From: Octopus sinensis
Lineage: Eukaryota
Direction: 5' to 3'
Assembly: GCF_006345805.1 (NCBI RefSeq)
Contig: NC_043017.1
Span: 30,938,001 to 31,002,000 of the forward strand
DNA: 64,000 bases
Position numbers and translations under genes: made by a program. Positions 41,964 to 55,030 of this stretch are shown here, piece by piece. Position 1 is the stretch's first letter; each line of letters starts with the position of its first letter. A model generated the notes under the pieces. It had not been told where the DNA came from, searched no databases, and was given only the letters and a program-made list of their open reading frames with translations.

Positions 41964-43886
41964 ACGTGTGTGTGTGCTTATGCATGCATATATTTACGCA
42001 TGTATATATATATATAGGTATGTATGTATTTGTGTGTGTTTGGTAGAGTTGCAATAGTCTGCCAACTGGTCTGACGTGATTGTTTTGAAATTGAAAAATA
42101 GCATAGCAGACTAGTCATCATAGCAGTTTTATATAAGCATACAAATATATTAAAAATTATATAAATATATACATACAAACATGCACACAAGCACGCACAC
42201 ACACAAGCACACACAAGCACACACACAGAGAGACTCACACACACAACTCACGCACACGTTCTATGTACGATTTAAAAATATTAATCATAGAATCGATGAT
42301 TAATAATTTTACTTGGCATTTTAGTATTTCGGGCTTTGACCTCGTATCAGGATTCTGAGAAAAGGTTGCGTAGAAACTAGACTACTCTACTTTCATCCTT
42401 CTTAACTTTCTCAATCTTGACAGCCGTAATATTATTATCGATATCATTATACTACACAGCAAAATGAACTTTTTTTCGATCAACAGAATTGCAATTTATT
42501 TCTTTTGTAGTAATTTCTGATGCTGATCTGAAGGCAGTTGTTCTCTACCTGGTCCCACTTAATTGCTACCGATATCTCATGCTTTCACTTAGTATATGTA
42601 AAGCACACCTGTAGAATGTAGATGAATAGAAGGATTTAATACTTTCATTGTTTTGGTTTTTTTTACAATGTATAATGTACAAAACTGAAATTACTGTATA
42701 TATATACAAGGTGAGAGATAGATAGATAGATCGATAGATACGCACATATTGTGTTGTTTTGTATTCATTTTAGATTGACCCTTTATAGTGTAATATACTA
42801 TCATAAATACGAAGGTAAATGTAGGAGTAAACAGCATTTCAGTGGCTTATCTATGTAATCCGCGTTTCAATAATACGAATATGTGTATGCATTCATTTGT
42901 GCTTATGCATGTGCTGGCTATATTTTAGATTTCCTTCCGTTTATCTTCACACTTGGAATTCTTCTCTATATCTAACAATATCCTAACATTGATTTCGTGT
43001 TACTTTACACATAAATGAGAATTCAGTTCACAGCCAGAGATCGCATATTAACAGTTATTATTTCTGCAAATCTGAAGTGTTATTGACTCTATTGTAGATG
43101 TTTATATTTTTCATTGCATACGTGGTGCTTTCCACAATATATAAACACTTCCTGTGAGTCTTTTTTTCTCTGTATATCTATAGATGATCGCTTGTCACAT
43201 TTTAGGTTTCTTCTTTCGTACTTTTCTCTCAAAATTCTCAAACGTTTTATGATGATTAGAAATATTCATGTGTCCATATTCCACAGCCTGCAAGTTCAAT
43301 CTCTCTTTCACCGGGATATTGCTATATTACAAAGTAATTTCTGTGGCTTCCCTAACTGACAAGCCACATAAATTACTATACAACAATAATATCGCTTATT
43401 ACACATTTCTAAGTCATTTTCTCTCTTTTGTCATATGCCAGAAGCTTCCAAGACACGCGTTTACTACAATATCCCTGGGATATGATTCTGTTAACGAACG
43501 AATGTATGATGTCGATTTTAAATGATTTCTGTGGCATACATTTCACGTGATACCAACATAAGAATAATCACTTTTATTCCCGATGCCCAAAAGGAACCAT
43601 GACTCAACTATTATTAAAATGTACTTCGTTCATGGATTGTTGATCTTCTCCTGTAACTTTCTCTCATAAAATGTGTTGATGCACGTGAGTCACATTAGCA
43701 TAGTTAATGTTTTAGAGTCATCAGTGCTTTCAAAGACATCATACATAAGAAAAAATACTAATTGATGAATGAAATATTCGTAGAATTTGTCGCCCATGCT
43801 ATCAACAAATTACTACATACATTCCATGCATACATGATAGCTAACCTCTCGTTCTTGAATATAGGTACCCGGCAGTCATATCCCGG

Positions 43887-44276
43887 CAGTCATTTGACTG
43901 CGGCCATGCTGGAGCACCGCCTTTAGTCGAGCTAATCGACCCCGGGACTTATTCTTTGTAAGCCCAGTACTTATTCTATCGGTCTTTTTTGCCGAACCGC
44001 TTAGTGACGGGGATGTAAACACACAAGCATCGGTTGTCAAGCAATGCTAGGGGGACAAACACAGACACACAAACCAACACACATATATATTAAAATACAT
44101 ATACATATATCGACAGGCTTCTTTCAGTTTCCGTCTACCAAATCCACTCACAAAGCATTGGTCGGCCCGGGGCTATATGCAGAAACACATGCCCACGATG
44201 CCACGCAGTGGGACTGAACCCGGAACCATGTGGTTGGTTAGCAAGCTACTTACCACACAACAGCCACTCCTCGCCT
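43887..44276 (-). mobile_element. SINE family A, near full length
   Basis: Colinear with 6511-6921. Confidence 0.9.
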
Positions 44277-44904
44277 GTTTATATATAACAAGTATATATT
44301 TATATAAATACGAGTGTATGTGTGTGTTTATGATTTAGATAACTGAACTCACCAGTAGGATGCACTCATTGAACTTGTCATGTGATTACATAGAACCCAG
44401 AACCACCTAAAACTGAAACCCATCTTTTACCATAGCAGTCTCGCCTACGCCCGGTGCTGAGAAAACCTATTTCTTCTCCAAGTGGGTAAATAGGTTACGG
44501 TATTGATTCCACCAGCTGACATAAGTTTGCGATTAAAAAGAAAGTACAAAAGTAATCGTATAATTTGTAAATATATTTCTCGTTTAGTGCAGTTCACTTG
44601 TACTTTTTTTTTACAAGATGGTCTTTAAAAAAATTATGATAAAATCAATCAATTACATTGATTTCCATTTTTCATAAATATTTAGTAATTCTTTTGCCGG
44701 TGCCGTGCTCTATTTTCATGAAATAAATTTTCTGCAGTAACTAATCCGCAAAAGAAATAGAACGCTAGCGCGAAAAAACACATACGTACATCCATTCTTG
44801 TACCACACACAGACACACATACACACATACACACAGACACCCACACAAACACACACACAGGGAGAGAGAGAAAAAGAGATACGTGTGTATGGGGTGTATA
44901 TACT

Positions 44905-45095
44905 CTTCACTCTTTTAGTCTTTTAGTTGTTTCAGTCATTTGACTGCGACCATACTGGAGCACCGCCTTTAGTCGAGCAAATCGACCGCGGGACTTATTC
45001 TTTGTAAGCCCAGTAGTACTTATTCTATCGGTCACTTTGCCGAACCGCTAAGTGACGGGGACATAAACACACCAGCGGATGTCAAGCAATGCTAG
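44905..45095 (-). mobile_element. SINE family A, 3' half
   Basis: Colinear with 6511-6700. Confidence 0.85.
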
Positions 45096-45128
45096 GGGGG
45101 GACATATATATATATATATATTATATAT

Positions 45129-45174
<46 letters not shown>

Positions 45175-45277
45175 GTATTATATATATATGTATATATATA
45201 TATGTATATATATATTGTTAGTATTATATATATATATGTTATATTTCGGAATGGTCATATATATATACATATATATA

Positions 45278-45473
45278 TAACGACGAAGCTTTATGAAAAT
45301 AAACAAAAGACGTAGGCAGGTGAAGTACAAAGAAACAATTGTATTAGTATGGCGCTCAGGAATATAAATAAAACAAGTATTTTACGTTTCGAGCCTACGC
45401 TCTTCAACAGAAAGATACACAGAAAAGCAAGGAGAGAAACAAATGCGTGCAGAAGCTAGCGATTCAACATGGC
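45278..45473 (-). mobile_element. Repeat family X with HHR-like motif (core CUGUUGA, 45376-45418)
   Basis: Homologous to 1757-1966. Confidence 0.7.
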
Positions 45474-45479
45474 ATGCTG

Positions 45480-45790
45480 TTTTTGTCCTGTTATTACCAT
45501 TCTTCCTTTAATTTTATTTTTGTTTTTTGTATTTATATTCGTGTGGCATCGTCCGTTTTTCTGTCCTTGTTCCGTATACATTCGATCCTTTTTCCAAGAA
45601 TTCCGATGCTCACAGCTTAGGTTTTCCTTGGGGCTGGCCGAATCGGAGTTATATCAGGATTAATCAGCCGAATTGCTAGATGATCCGGTTCCTGAATGAA
45701 GATTAGAGGCTTCGAATGACCCGTCCGTTTTTTGTGTCGTCTCTTTGTGTATTTTGCGTTCTTGTCCCATTTGTATTTTTTTATATATAA
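45480..45790 (-). mobile_element. Repeat family Y
   Basis: Homologous to 11895-12165. Confidence 0.6.
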
Positions 45791-45809
45791 TTTTTATACA
45801 TATATATAG

Positions 45810-45848
<39 letters not shown>

Positions 45849-45857
45849 TATATATCA

Positions 45858-46050
45858 GACGCCATGATAGATCGTTAGCCATACACACATTTTTCTTTCC
45901 GTGTTTTCTCCTTGTTTTTTCTTCCTTTCTGAGAAGAGCGTAGGCGTAAGGTAAAATACTTTTTTCTATTCCTGAACGTTACACTAATACATCTGTTTGT
46001 TTTATACACCACCCGTCTTCGTCTTTTGTTTTTTTTCCGTAAACTCTCCC
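45858..46050 (+). mobile_element. Repeat family X, diverged, opposite orientation
   Basis: gacgccatgatagatcgttag ... gaagagcgtaggc ... gtaaaatact is the reverse complement of the 1757-1966 type. Confidence 0.65.
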
Positions 46051-46559
46051 TATATATATATATATATATGTATATATATACACACACACACATATACCAC
46101 ACTTGCCCAAGGTGCCACGCAGTGGAATTGAACCCGGAACCATGTGGCTGGGAAGCAAAAAGCTTACCACACAATATCTCCCTACACCTATATGTACATG
46201 TTGCCTCTCATACTTGTTTCAGTAACTGGTCTACAGTCATTCTTGAGCAGAGCCGGGAAAAGTTTAGTTGAACACATCAAATGTAGTAGTTATCTCCCTC
46301 GTTTTTGTGTACAGAAATTTGTTAGATTTTATAGAAACAATTATCAGCCCTTATTACTCCTTGTGCTTGTATTATATTAATTCCTGTTCGGAAAGCTTCA
46401 ACATTCCCCAACACATTTTCCGTTCACTGTTTCCTGCATGTCTGAGCAAAACTTTTGTCTTACCTCCAAATGAACGAGATCGAGGTATTATCAGCCACTC
46501 AAGAGGTAAAAATCATATGTCTGGTATCCTTCTCATGTCACTTGGGATTCATTGGAATC

Positions 46560-46860
46560 TGGAGGCACATGGCCAAGTGGTAAGAACAGCGGAATCGCGG
46601 TCGGTCGAGGGATAGTGGGTTCGAATCTCAGACCGGGCCGATGTGTGTGTTTATGAGCGAAACACCTAAGCTCCATGCGGCTCCAGCAGAAGGTAATGGC
46701 GAACTTCCGCTGACTCTTTCACCACAACTTTCTCTCACTCTTTCCTCCTGCATCTTGCAGCTCACCTGCGGCGGACCGGCGTCCCGTCCAGGTGGGGAAC
46801 CTATACGCCAGGAAACCGGGAAACCGGCCCTTACGAGCCAGGTATGGCTCGAGAAGGAAC
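46560..46860 (+). mobile_element. SINE family C-related subfamily
   Basis: gttcgaatctcagaccgggc and gagcgaaacacctaagctcc shared with family C; different 3' part. Confidence 0.75.
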
Positions 46861-47569
46861 ATTCATTCAGTCATACATTGGGATGCACATGATTTTGAGA
46901 TAAATCTTTCTCCCAGACAGTCCCGAATTATATGTATTTCAATTTCCGTTGTGGTGACCCTCACTGATACGTAGACATATCTATCTGGCTTCTCGAATTA
47001 TGGATAATATCAGAGAAAAACTGAATGCGTCCATAGAAACAATTACTTGTTAACTGAAGTTCTACACGCGATCCTTTCTAGTAGAGAAATAAAGCCTAAA
47101 GCATTTTTATATTGGTTATTGAAGCATCCATTCAATTTGTGAAACGTAGTTTTCCGGAGAATTTCTACTAACTCATTAATCACATGACATGTGACAATCA
47201 TCCCGACACACGAGAAAACTTACGGTATCATGTTTAAATGGACAGAGATATTTTTCATGTATGAGTATTGTTCTAAACGAAGTTTCCTTCCACCACACAC
47301 TGCGACAAATAAACTAATAAACGGAAGCATTCATTCACCCTCTCCTTACACTACACCACTGTCATAAGGCGTCTTTTTGACATAAAGCCATGATAGGGTC
47401 TCCAATGAAGCCATCAACTGACCGGAATATCTGACTTCTAAAGCAAACATTGTTGAATACAGAATTAATAGGCACCGAATACTGCAAAATTTTGAAGTAA
47501 ACCCCTTCAACTACTCTCCCGTTCTCCCGCCTGGCGACACAAAAGCATAACTAGCAGGCGATTAAGAGT

Positions 47570-47840
47570 CAGATCAGGTAAAATACTTGAGAGTTGTAAT
47601 TAGTAACGATCTATCATTTCAGGTGCATACGTAGTACTCAGTGAACCGATGGACCCTGAAGATATTTGGAAATAAATTACTGTACCCGACACATATTCAC
47701 ACGACGATATTTTTGGCTCACATATACAGTCTCCTCATAATAAATTCACTTCTAGAGCAGCCTGACGCTGTTACGCAAGACCAGCGCAACTGCTGGAGAA
47801 AATTTACACAATTAGTACTCGAAAATGAAGAGATATATGG
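47570..47840 (+). mobile_element. Highly decayed CR1/L2-like LINE RT fragment
   Basis: VKYLRVVISNDLSFQVH resembles KYLGVxISxDLSWxxH. Confidence 0.45.
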
Positions 47841-48291
47841 TAAGTAATGTCTAGATGATACTTGGTGATTGACACTAACATTTAGAATCGCAATCTCTTA
47901 ATATTACAATAGCAACTTAAACTTTCTACTCTGAGTTTAATTTAGATATATCTGAGAATGCTATAGGCTATAGATATTCAATATTGTAATCCAAATCGTA
48001 GATGTAAGCTTACTGGCCTTACGGCCTCGACATCCCTTTAGTTAAATATACAATTTATGGTTAAAACTGACATCCTGGCCTAATCGTTAATATGAAAATC
48101 GTGTAGAGTGTTTAGAATAGCATCATCAGGAAATATATCAGGAAATATATCAACTTTTCAACGACATGATTGAAAATAAATATTACATATTTCAATGCAC
48201 ACACAGACACATAACAGAGACACATAAACATGCAGGTACACACACAAACACATTCATACGTACATACACGCATACGAACACGCACGCAATA

Positions 48292-48511
48292 TTCTTTTAT
48301 TCTTTTACTTGTTTTAGACATTCGACAATGGCCATTCTTGGGCACCGCCATGAATGTTTTTTATTTGAAGGAATAGACCCAAGTACTTATTCTCTATAGG
48401 TCTAGTACTTAAGCTGTATAATTTGACGAACCGTTAAGTTACGGGGACGTAAACACTTCAACATTGGTTGTCAACCGATGATGGTGGGACAAACACAGAC
48501 ACAAAGACACG

Positions 48512-48515
<4 letters not shown>
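48292..48515 (-). mobile_element. SINE family A, 3' half, degenerate
   Basis: gaaccgttaagttacggggacgtaaacac. Confidence 0.8.
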
Positions 48516-48569
<54 letters not shown>

Positions 48570-48570
<1 letters not shown>

Positions 48571-50228
48571 ATAAAACGGTAAGATAACAAAAGAAAGAGA
48601 GAGACCTCAATATTATGTAAATAGAGGAAATTATCTATACAATTGTTACATTACTCGGTAGTCAAGATAAAACTCTGAGTTTCAGATGCCGAAGTGGAAA
48701 TCCACAACACCATCTCTTCGGTTATCTGGCTATTTGAAAACGTTATGAAAAAATACCGTTAAATAAGGGAAATTACTCTGTTTTAACTCTGCTTGCCTGC
48801 GTACTTATACATCGCTCGCATTTTTCGTCTTAAAGACCAAATATGATTAGACAATTGTGTCGCTTTTCTTTTGTTCCAGTGCCTAAAGCTCAAAGTGTGG
48901 TTATTGAACCTGGCCTTGAAATTACCCTCTGTAAGGCCCACGTATTTCTTCGTCGAAACGGTGTCTTTAGTAGTTATAGAGTTTACGGTAGCTTCATATA
49001 TGATGGTCTTGGACATGCAAGCTCCATTTAGCGGGCACAATTCTTTATTCCTGCATGAACAGTTGTTTTCTTCTTGTGTTTTTTTTGTATGTTATGTTTG
49101 ATTATGTTTTTAAAATTGGTAGTTGAACTAAAACTAATTTTTAAACTGTATCTATTGAAGAGTTTCCTATAAGTATGGTTAACTGGAAAATGTCTATCTA
49201 TCAGTGCTAGGAAATATTTACCTATATTGAAGGCCACCTCGGGTGAGTAAGGGGGCGTAAACCAGATGACCTTCCTATTTCTATTATTCCTTTTCCTTAC
49301 TGTTGGGCTAGTGATAGGTGTATATTTTATTTTCGCTAAAACCACTATCTTTTAAAGCTTATTTTAAACTGGGGGCAAACGCTATTGAAGATGTCCTCAT
49401 CAGATGAGAGGCTAGAAATCCTCTACTAATATTTTTAACTAAATTTTTGAATACTATAGGGGGATGGTATGAACCTACATTAATATAACTTAGTCTATCA
49501 TTGGGCTTCCTATAAGGCTTATAAATATTCTTATTAAGATCTAAGGAAACGTCTAAGAAATTGACAACCGTCAGGTTAGTATCTATAGCTATACTAAGTC
49601 CGAAGTGTTTCATTAACAGGATAATATCCTTCCTAAAACGATCTTGTGCTGGTCCATTTGTATTAGCTGTTAAGGCGAGGGCATCATCTTTGTAGATGGC
49701 GAAATGTACGTTAGGGAATGTCTTACCTAAGTATCTAGGAGAAAAAGTCCAATTAGATCACAGATGCCTGCCCCATCAATGAACCCATGCTCACATCGAA
49801 AGCGCCTCTGTGTCGGTGTTTTTTACCCACTTTGCGTTCTCACTGAAAAGTAATGTCTTTCTAGCATGGAAGATTATGTCCTTATCATTGGTACTAATTT
49901 CTATGAAGTCACTAGCGAAGATGAGGGCTTTATCTAGCAGTTCTTTAGAGATAGAGGCATAAAAATCAACAATATCGAATTGTGTAAACCTCGCTTTTTT
50001 CCTATTCTTAATAGCTTTAAACCAGTCTACGACTTCTATACTATTGGACCATTGTACTAGCCTAGTATCGGTCTAATTTTCGTATTTATTTTATCTAAAA
50101 TTTCTTTGCTAATAATCCCAAGTTCTGACTTGCTGGGTTGATAAGCCTACATTTAGGGTTGGAAAGGAAGTTTTCTTTATGATCTTTAATAGTAATAAAG
50201 GCCTCTTTTGGGGGGAGGGCTTCAATAG
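48570..50228 (-). mobile_element. Penelope-like retroelement (RT + GIY-YIG), 5'-truncated and frameshifted
   Basis: AFITIKDHKENFLSNPKCRLINP, FDIVDFYASI, MGS-DGAGICDLIG, AIYKDDA, NFLDVSLDL, WFTPPYS, KYVGLTEGNFKARFNNH; about 330 bp of the 3' end deleted relative to the inverted copy. Confidence 0.93.
48665..48727 (-). ncRNA. Type I hammerhead in the Penelope 3' repeat, core CCGAAGA
   Basis: agataa/ttatct stem I, gatg/catc stem II with inner gtgga/tccac, GAAA, actc-a-gagt stem III, GUU site. Confidence 0.68.
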
Positions 50229-50231
50229 ACA

Positions 50232-51055
50232 CAATTTAAAAATTAGTTTTAGTTCAACTACCAATTTTAAAAACATAATCAAACATAACATACAAAAAAA
50301 AACACAAGAAGAGAAAACAGCTGTTCAAGCAGGAATAAAGAATTGTGCCCGCTAAATGGAGCTTGCATGTCCAAGACCATCATATATGAAGCTACCGTAA
50401 ACTCTATAACCACTAAAGACACCGTTTCGACGAAGAAGAAAATACGTGGGGCCTTACAGAGGGTAATTTCAAGGCCAGGTTCACTAACCACACTTTGAGC
50501 TTTAGGCACTGGAACAAAAGAAAAGCGACACAATTGTCTAATCATATTTGGGCTTTAGAGATAAAGGTGTCGATTATAACATACAATGGAAGATTTTGGC
50601 CAGATGTAAAGCCCTATACTAACGGCAGCGGAAGGTGCGGTCTATGCGACATGGAGAGATGGCTTATCTGGAAAAGCAGCTTAGACCATACTACATGTCT
50701 AAATACAAGGACAGAGCTTTCGGATCATGCCCACATGTGACTAAATTTCTGTTACGTTTTTGGTCCCCTAAAGAAACAGATAGAACATGCTTTCTATGTT
50801 ATGTCCCAAGAAGAATTTATATATTTTATATATTTTTTTATATTTTTTATATATTTTTTATGTATTTTTATGAAAAATGCGAGCGATGTATAAGTACGCA
50901 GGCAAGCAGAGTTATAACAGAGTAATTTCCCTTACTTAACGGTATTTTTTCATAACGTTTTCAAATAGCCAGATAACCGAAGAGATGGTGTTGTGGATTC
51001 CACTTCGGCATCTGAAACTCAGAGTTTATCTGACTACCGAGTAATGTAACATATT
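50232..51055 (+). mobile_element. Inverted duplicate of the Penelope GIY-YIG domain and 3' repeat
   Basis: Near-identical to 48570-49150 in reverse; retains GRCGLCDMERWLI...LNTRTEL at the C-terminus. Confidence 0.93.
50971..51031 (+). ncRNA. Type I hammerhead, core CCGAAGA (inverted copy)
   Basis: Same as 48665-48727 apart from single-base indels. Confidence 0.66.
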
Positions 51056-51126
51056 GTATATATATATATATATTATATATATATTATATATATATAGATA
51101 TAGTATATATTATATATATATATAAA

Positions 51127-51338
51127 TGAAAGAATGGAGTTGAACGACGATTAACAAAATTCCGTATTCTCGACATATATTCTTTCATTTATTTGTATTA
51201 AAAAAACAACACAAATTCCAAACGAAAGCACGTGATCTCTGCCTTGGCATGTAGCTTCAACCATGCTTTTCTGACGTGAATTTGCTACCCGGGTATGGTT
51301 AACCGAATTATCCATACTAGGATAATTCATTCAACTAC
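51127..51338 (+). mobile_element. Repeat family W
   Basis: Homologous to 16284-16460; (TA)n on both sides. Confidence 0.5.
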
Positions 51339-51364
51339 TTATATATATATATATATATATAAAG

Positions 51365-51525
51365 GACGGGCTTCTTTCATTTTCCGTCTACCAAATCCAA
51401 CCACAAGGCTGTGATCGGCCCGAGGGTATAGTAGAAGACACTTTCCCAAGCTGCCACTCATTGGGACTGAACCCCGAACTATGTGGCTGGAAAGTAAGCT
51501 TCTTACCACACCGCTCCGCCTAAGC
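51365..51525 (-). mobile_element. SINE family A, 5' half
   Basis: gacgggcttctttca ... gggtatagtagaagacac. Confidence 0.85.
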
Positions 51526-52087
51526 CATGTCATGCACATATATTCATATTTATAGTAATAATGATAATAATCCTGGTACGGAATTTATAAATATTTAATG
51601 ACTCGCCCGCGCGTTTCCATAAATTATGTTTCTTAAAACGATAGTCCATATTCCTAGGATGATTACAGTGAAGTCTGTAGTATCCGTGGGCTAATCATCC
51701 TCGTGGATTCATTACTTCAGGCGATAGAGCATTAAGGTATGCTTACCAAAGGGATGTTCATCCATTTTTATCAATGCGATGGTTGGATGGTTTTGTCAAA
51801 ATGGGACAAGAGATTTAAGGAAACGTGCGTAGTGAAGCATTAATTTTTTTATGAATTTTATATACAGAATATTGTTATTATTTTTATGTTTATCCTGTAT
51901 TATATCGGTACAACTAGCTGCAACATTAGAAGACTTTAGCTTGCACAATGTAATAGGAGCTTTATTTGTATATTCAGAACGTTTCTCGTAAACGAATTTA
52001 GAAGATATTCATGTGTATGTTGTGTGTGTGTGTTTCTGTATATATATTTTTTCTGTGTATATATATTTCTGTGTATATATTTCTAGC

Positions 52088-52135
52088 AAAAACTGTCTGA
52101 TGAACGGCAACGAGAAACTCAGAGTAAAGATTTTG
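52088..52135 (+). ncRNA. Decayed type I hammerhead, core CUGAUGA (family V)
   Basis: aaaactgt-ctgatga-acg(gcaa)cga-gaa-actc(a)gagt-a-aagatttt; same 3' flank as 36605. Confidence 0.6.
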
Positions 52136-52164
52136 TTGAATTTTCTGCTGCTTTAAATAAAGTA

Positions 52165-52205
<41 letters not shown>

Positions 52206-52807
52206 CATATATATACACACACACACACAACAACACACACACACCACACACACGTATATATAGATATAGTATATATATATATATATATATTATATATGTA
52301 TGTATATATATATATACGTGCGTGTATTATAATGTATGTATGTAGATATATATATAGATATATATATATATAATATACCATACATATATATCATATGTGT
52401 GTGTATATATGTATATATATATGTATATATATACTCGTATGTATGTGTTTATGCGTGAGTTTATATATATATATATGTGTGTGTGTGTATTCATATACAT
52501 ATGTTTGTTGATCGTGCTCTCCAAACAAAGAAGTGAATAAATCTGAAATACTTCTTTGGTACATCTCATTGACGAGAGACGAAATAGCCCGAAACATCTA
52601 TGTCCGAGATTCCCAACAGATGGAGACACTGAACGAACCGGCTGCTTTCACACTTTTTTTTTTACCATAAGGGAAACATTTTCTCGAGGGTAACTGCAGT
52701 GTAATATTTTACAAACATATTTGAACCAGTCTGAATTTTGCCCATATGTAAACATTGCCTCGCGCTAACGCTTCGGTATGTGTGTCTCTCTCTCTCTCTC
52801 TCTCTCT

Positions 52808-52869
<62 letters not shown>

Positions 52870-52873
<4 letters not shown>

Positions 52874-52949
52874 GATAGATAGATACAGATATATGTATAT
52901 ATATATGTATAGATAGATAGATCATAGATAGATAGATAGATAGATAGAT

Positions 52950-52987
<38 letters not shown>

Positions 52988-52997
52988 TGATAGAGAT

Positions 52998-53046
<49 letters not shown>

Positions 53047-53063
53047 GAGATAGATAGACAGAC

Positions 53064-53122
<59 letters not shown>

Positions 53123-53167
53123 GAGATAGATATACAGACAGACAGACAGATAGATAGATAGATAGAA

Positions 53168-53238
<71 letters not shown>

Positions 53239-53240
53239 TA
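52870..53240. repeat. (GATA)n tetranucleotide array
   Basis: Direct; explains the SIYL-repeat ORFs. Confidence 0.95.
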
Positions 53241-54352
53241 CATGTTTAACGTGCTCTTCGAACAATGGAATAAATATATCTCTGAAATACTTTAAGTGCT
53301 ATATATTTCGCTGCGCTAGCACCCAGTACCATTTATACGCATCCACTTATACCTAAAACGCGAAAATATATTTTCATTACTGCATAGAGGTCTCCATGTG
53401 GTATACATCTACTTCAAGAATTCCTGTTGACAAACTAACCGTTAACCGAATATTTTTAAACATTGCAACGCAGTGGATAAAGGTTACAGTTTCAACGACT
53501 ATTATCTGAATTCCGCTAACGTAGTCTATTAAATTTCACCCTTTAACCCCTAAATCATACAACCTAGTGTGAAATGCTGAATGGATCTTTCAGATAGGGT
53601 TACGTATTAAACATGTGACACAAAAGCCTCACCTTATTTCAAATATTTATTCTCATCAGCAAATTATGCGTATATTTCGAATTCAATGCATTATAGGCGC
53701 AAGGAAATCGTGTATAAATATTATCAGGAATACAAATAAGATAAGACTTGATTCGATTTTTGCAGCGTTATTGACGTGGCCTTTGCTGATATATAATTTG
53801 AAATTCAACAATTACAGTCTTATCACTTCCTTGGCACAAAAGACTTTACTACAGTATTGGTACAATTCTATTAGGCATTGAGTTGAAGATTATTGAAGCA
53901 GGTTTCAATTAAAATATCCTGAGCAAGTGAAAGGAAAAGCTACAGAGAAAGAAAAGGATAAACGAAGCTATTTTCTGATGTTAGTTGCGGATTTAAAAAT
54001 CTTCAGATCACCATTGATATCCTAGTGATTTCTATGAACCTAATTTATTATTACTCTGAAAATTGCAACAAAAGTTAATGTATTGTAATTGGTTTTCATA
54101 ATATTTTGCAGTATATATCTCGTAGTTGACAAAACAATGTTCACTGAGGGTGAATATTAATGTTCAATGCAATTAAACTGTCTGAGGTGGTCTGTTCTGT
54201 AATTTTTTTTTCGCATTATTTAAATTTCTTAGTCAGAGAAGAAACGATGTGTCCAGTGTTAAAATAGTTTCCTCCATGACCCCTGCAAAGTGAATTGTGG
54301 AAGAAATATAGAAAGTTATAGTCAGAGACGGTATCTAACCAGAATCTAACCA

Positions 54353-54584
54353 GGCGGCGAGCTGGCAGAAACGTTAGTACGCCGGGCGAAATGCTTAGCG
54401 GTATTTCGTCTGCCGTTACGTTCTGAGTTCAATCTCCCCCGAGGTCGACTTTGCCTTTCATCCTTTCGGGGTCGATAAATTAAGCACCAGTTACGCATTG
54501 GGGTCGATATAATCGACTTAATCCGTCTGTCTGTCCTTGCTTGTCTCCTCTGTGTTTAGCCCCTTGTGGGTAGTAAAGAAATAG
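54353..54584 (+). mobile_element. SINE family B, full length, ~16-bp TSD ggtatctaaccagaat
   Basis: Direct repeat at 54330-54345 and 54584-54599, with an extra ctaacca before the head. Confidence 0.92.
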
Positions 54585-54889
54585 GTATCTAACCAGAATG
54601 CTTGTAGCAGAGTGGTTTCTTCTAATGTCACTGAAGGGACAAATATCAGCATTGAAACGGGCAGCAGATTAAGACGAAACAAGAACGATCTCTACAGGTT
54701 CCATACACTTCTACAAAGCTGAAAGTGAAAAGCATTGATAGGCCGATAGACATTGAAGAAGTGTTATTAGGATTGAATTGAAAGTGATATCGTGAAACAG
54801 ATAAATTCTGAAACCATAAAGCCATGCCAGAACCGAAGACATGTATCTCCTCTCTACTGTAGACACAAGACTTGAAACTTTCGAACAGG

Positions 54890-55030
54890 GGCAAGTCGAT
54901 TACATGATCCCAGTAATTGATTGATTCTTATGCAATCGTCCCCAAAAGGATGAAAGACCAAGTCGACCCTGGCAGAATTTGAACTCAAATTGTAAAGACG
55001 GACTAAATGCTGCTAAACTTTTTATCCAGA
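54890..55030 (-). mobile_element. SINE family B, degenerate
   Basis: aaaggatgaaagaccaagtcgacc. Confidence 0.75.

Noticed and set aside
45690-45725. cctgaatga...cttcgaa as a hammerhead in family Y
   Set aside because: Core spacing is wrong, there is no GAAA or clear stem III, and the homologous 12-kb copy does not restore it.
51290-51335. aattatcc/ggataatt hairpin in family W as HHR stem II
   Set aside because: No GAAA/NUH arrangement, and the hairpin is not conserved in the 16.3-kb copy.
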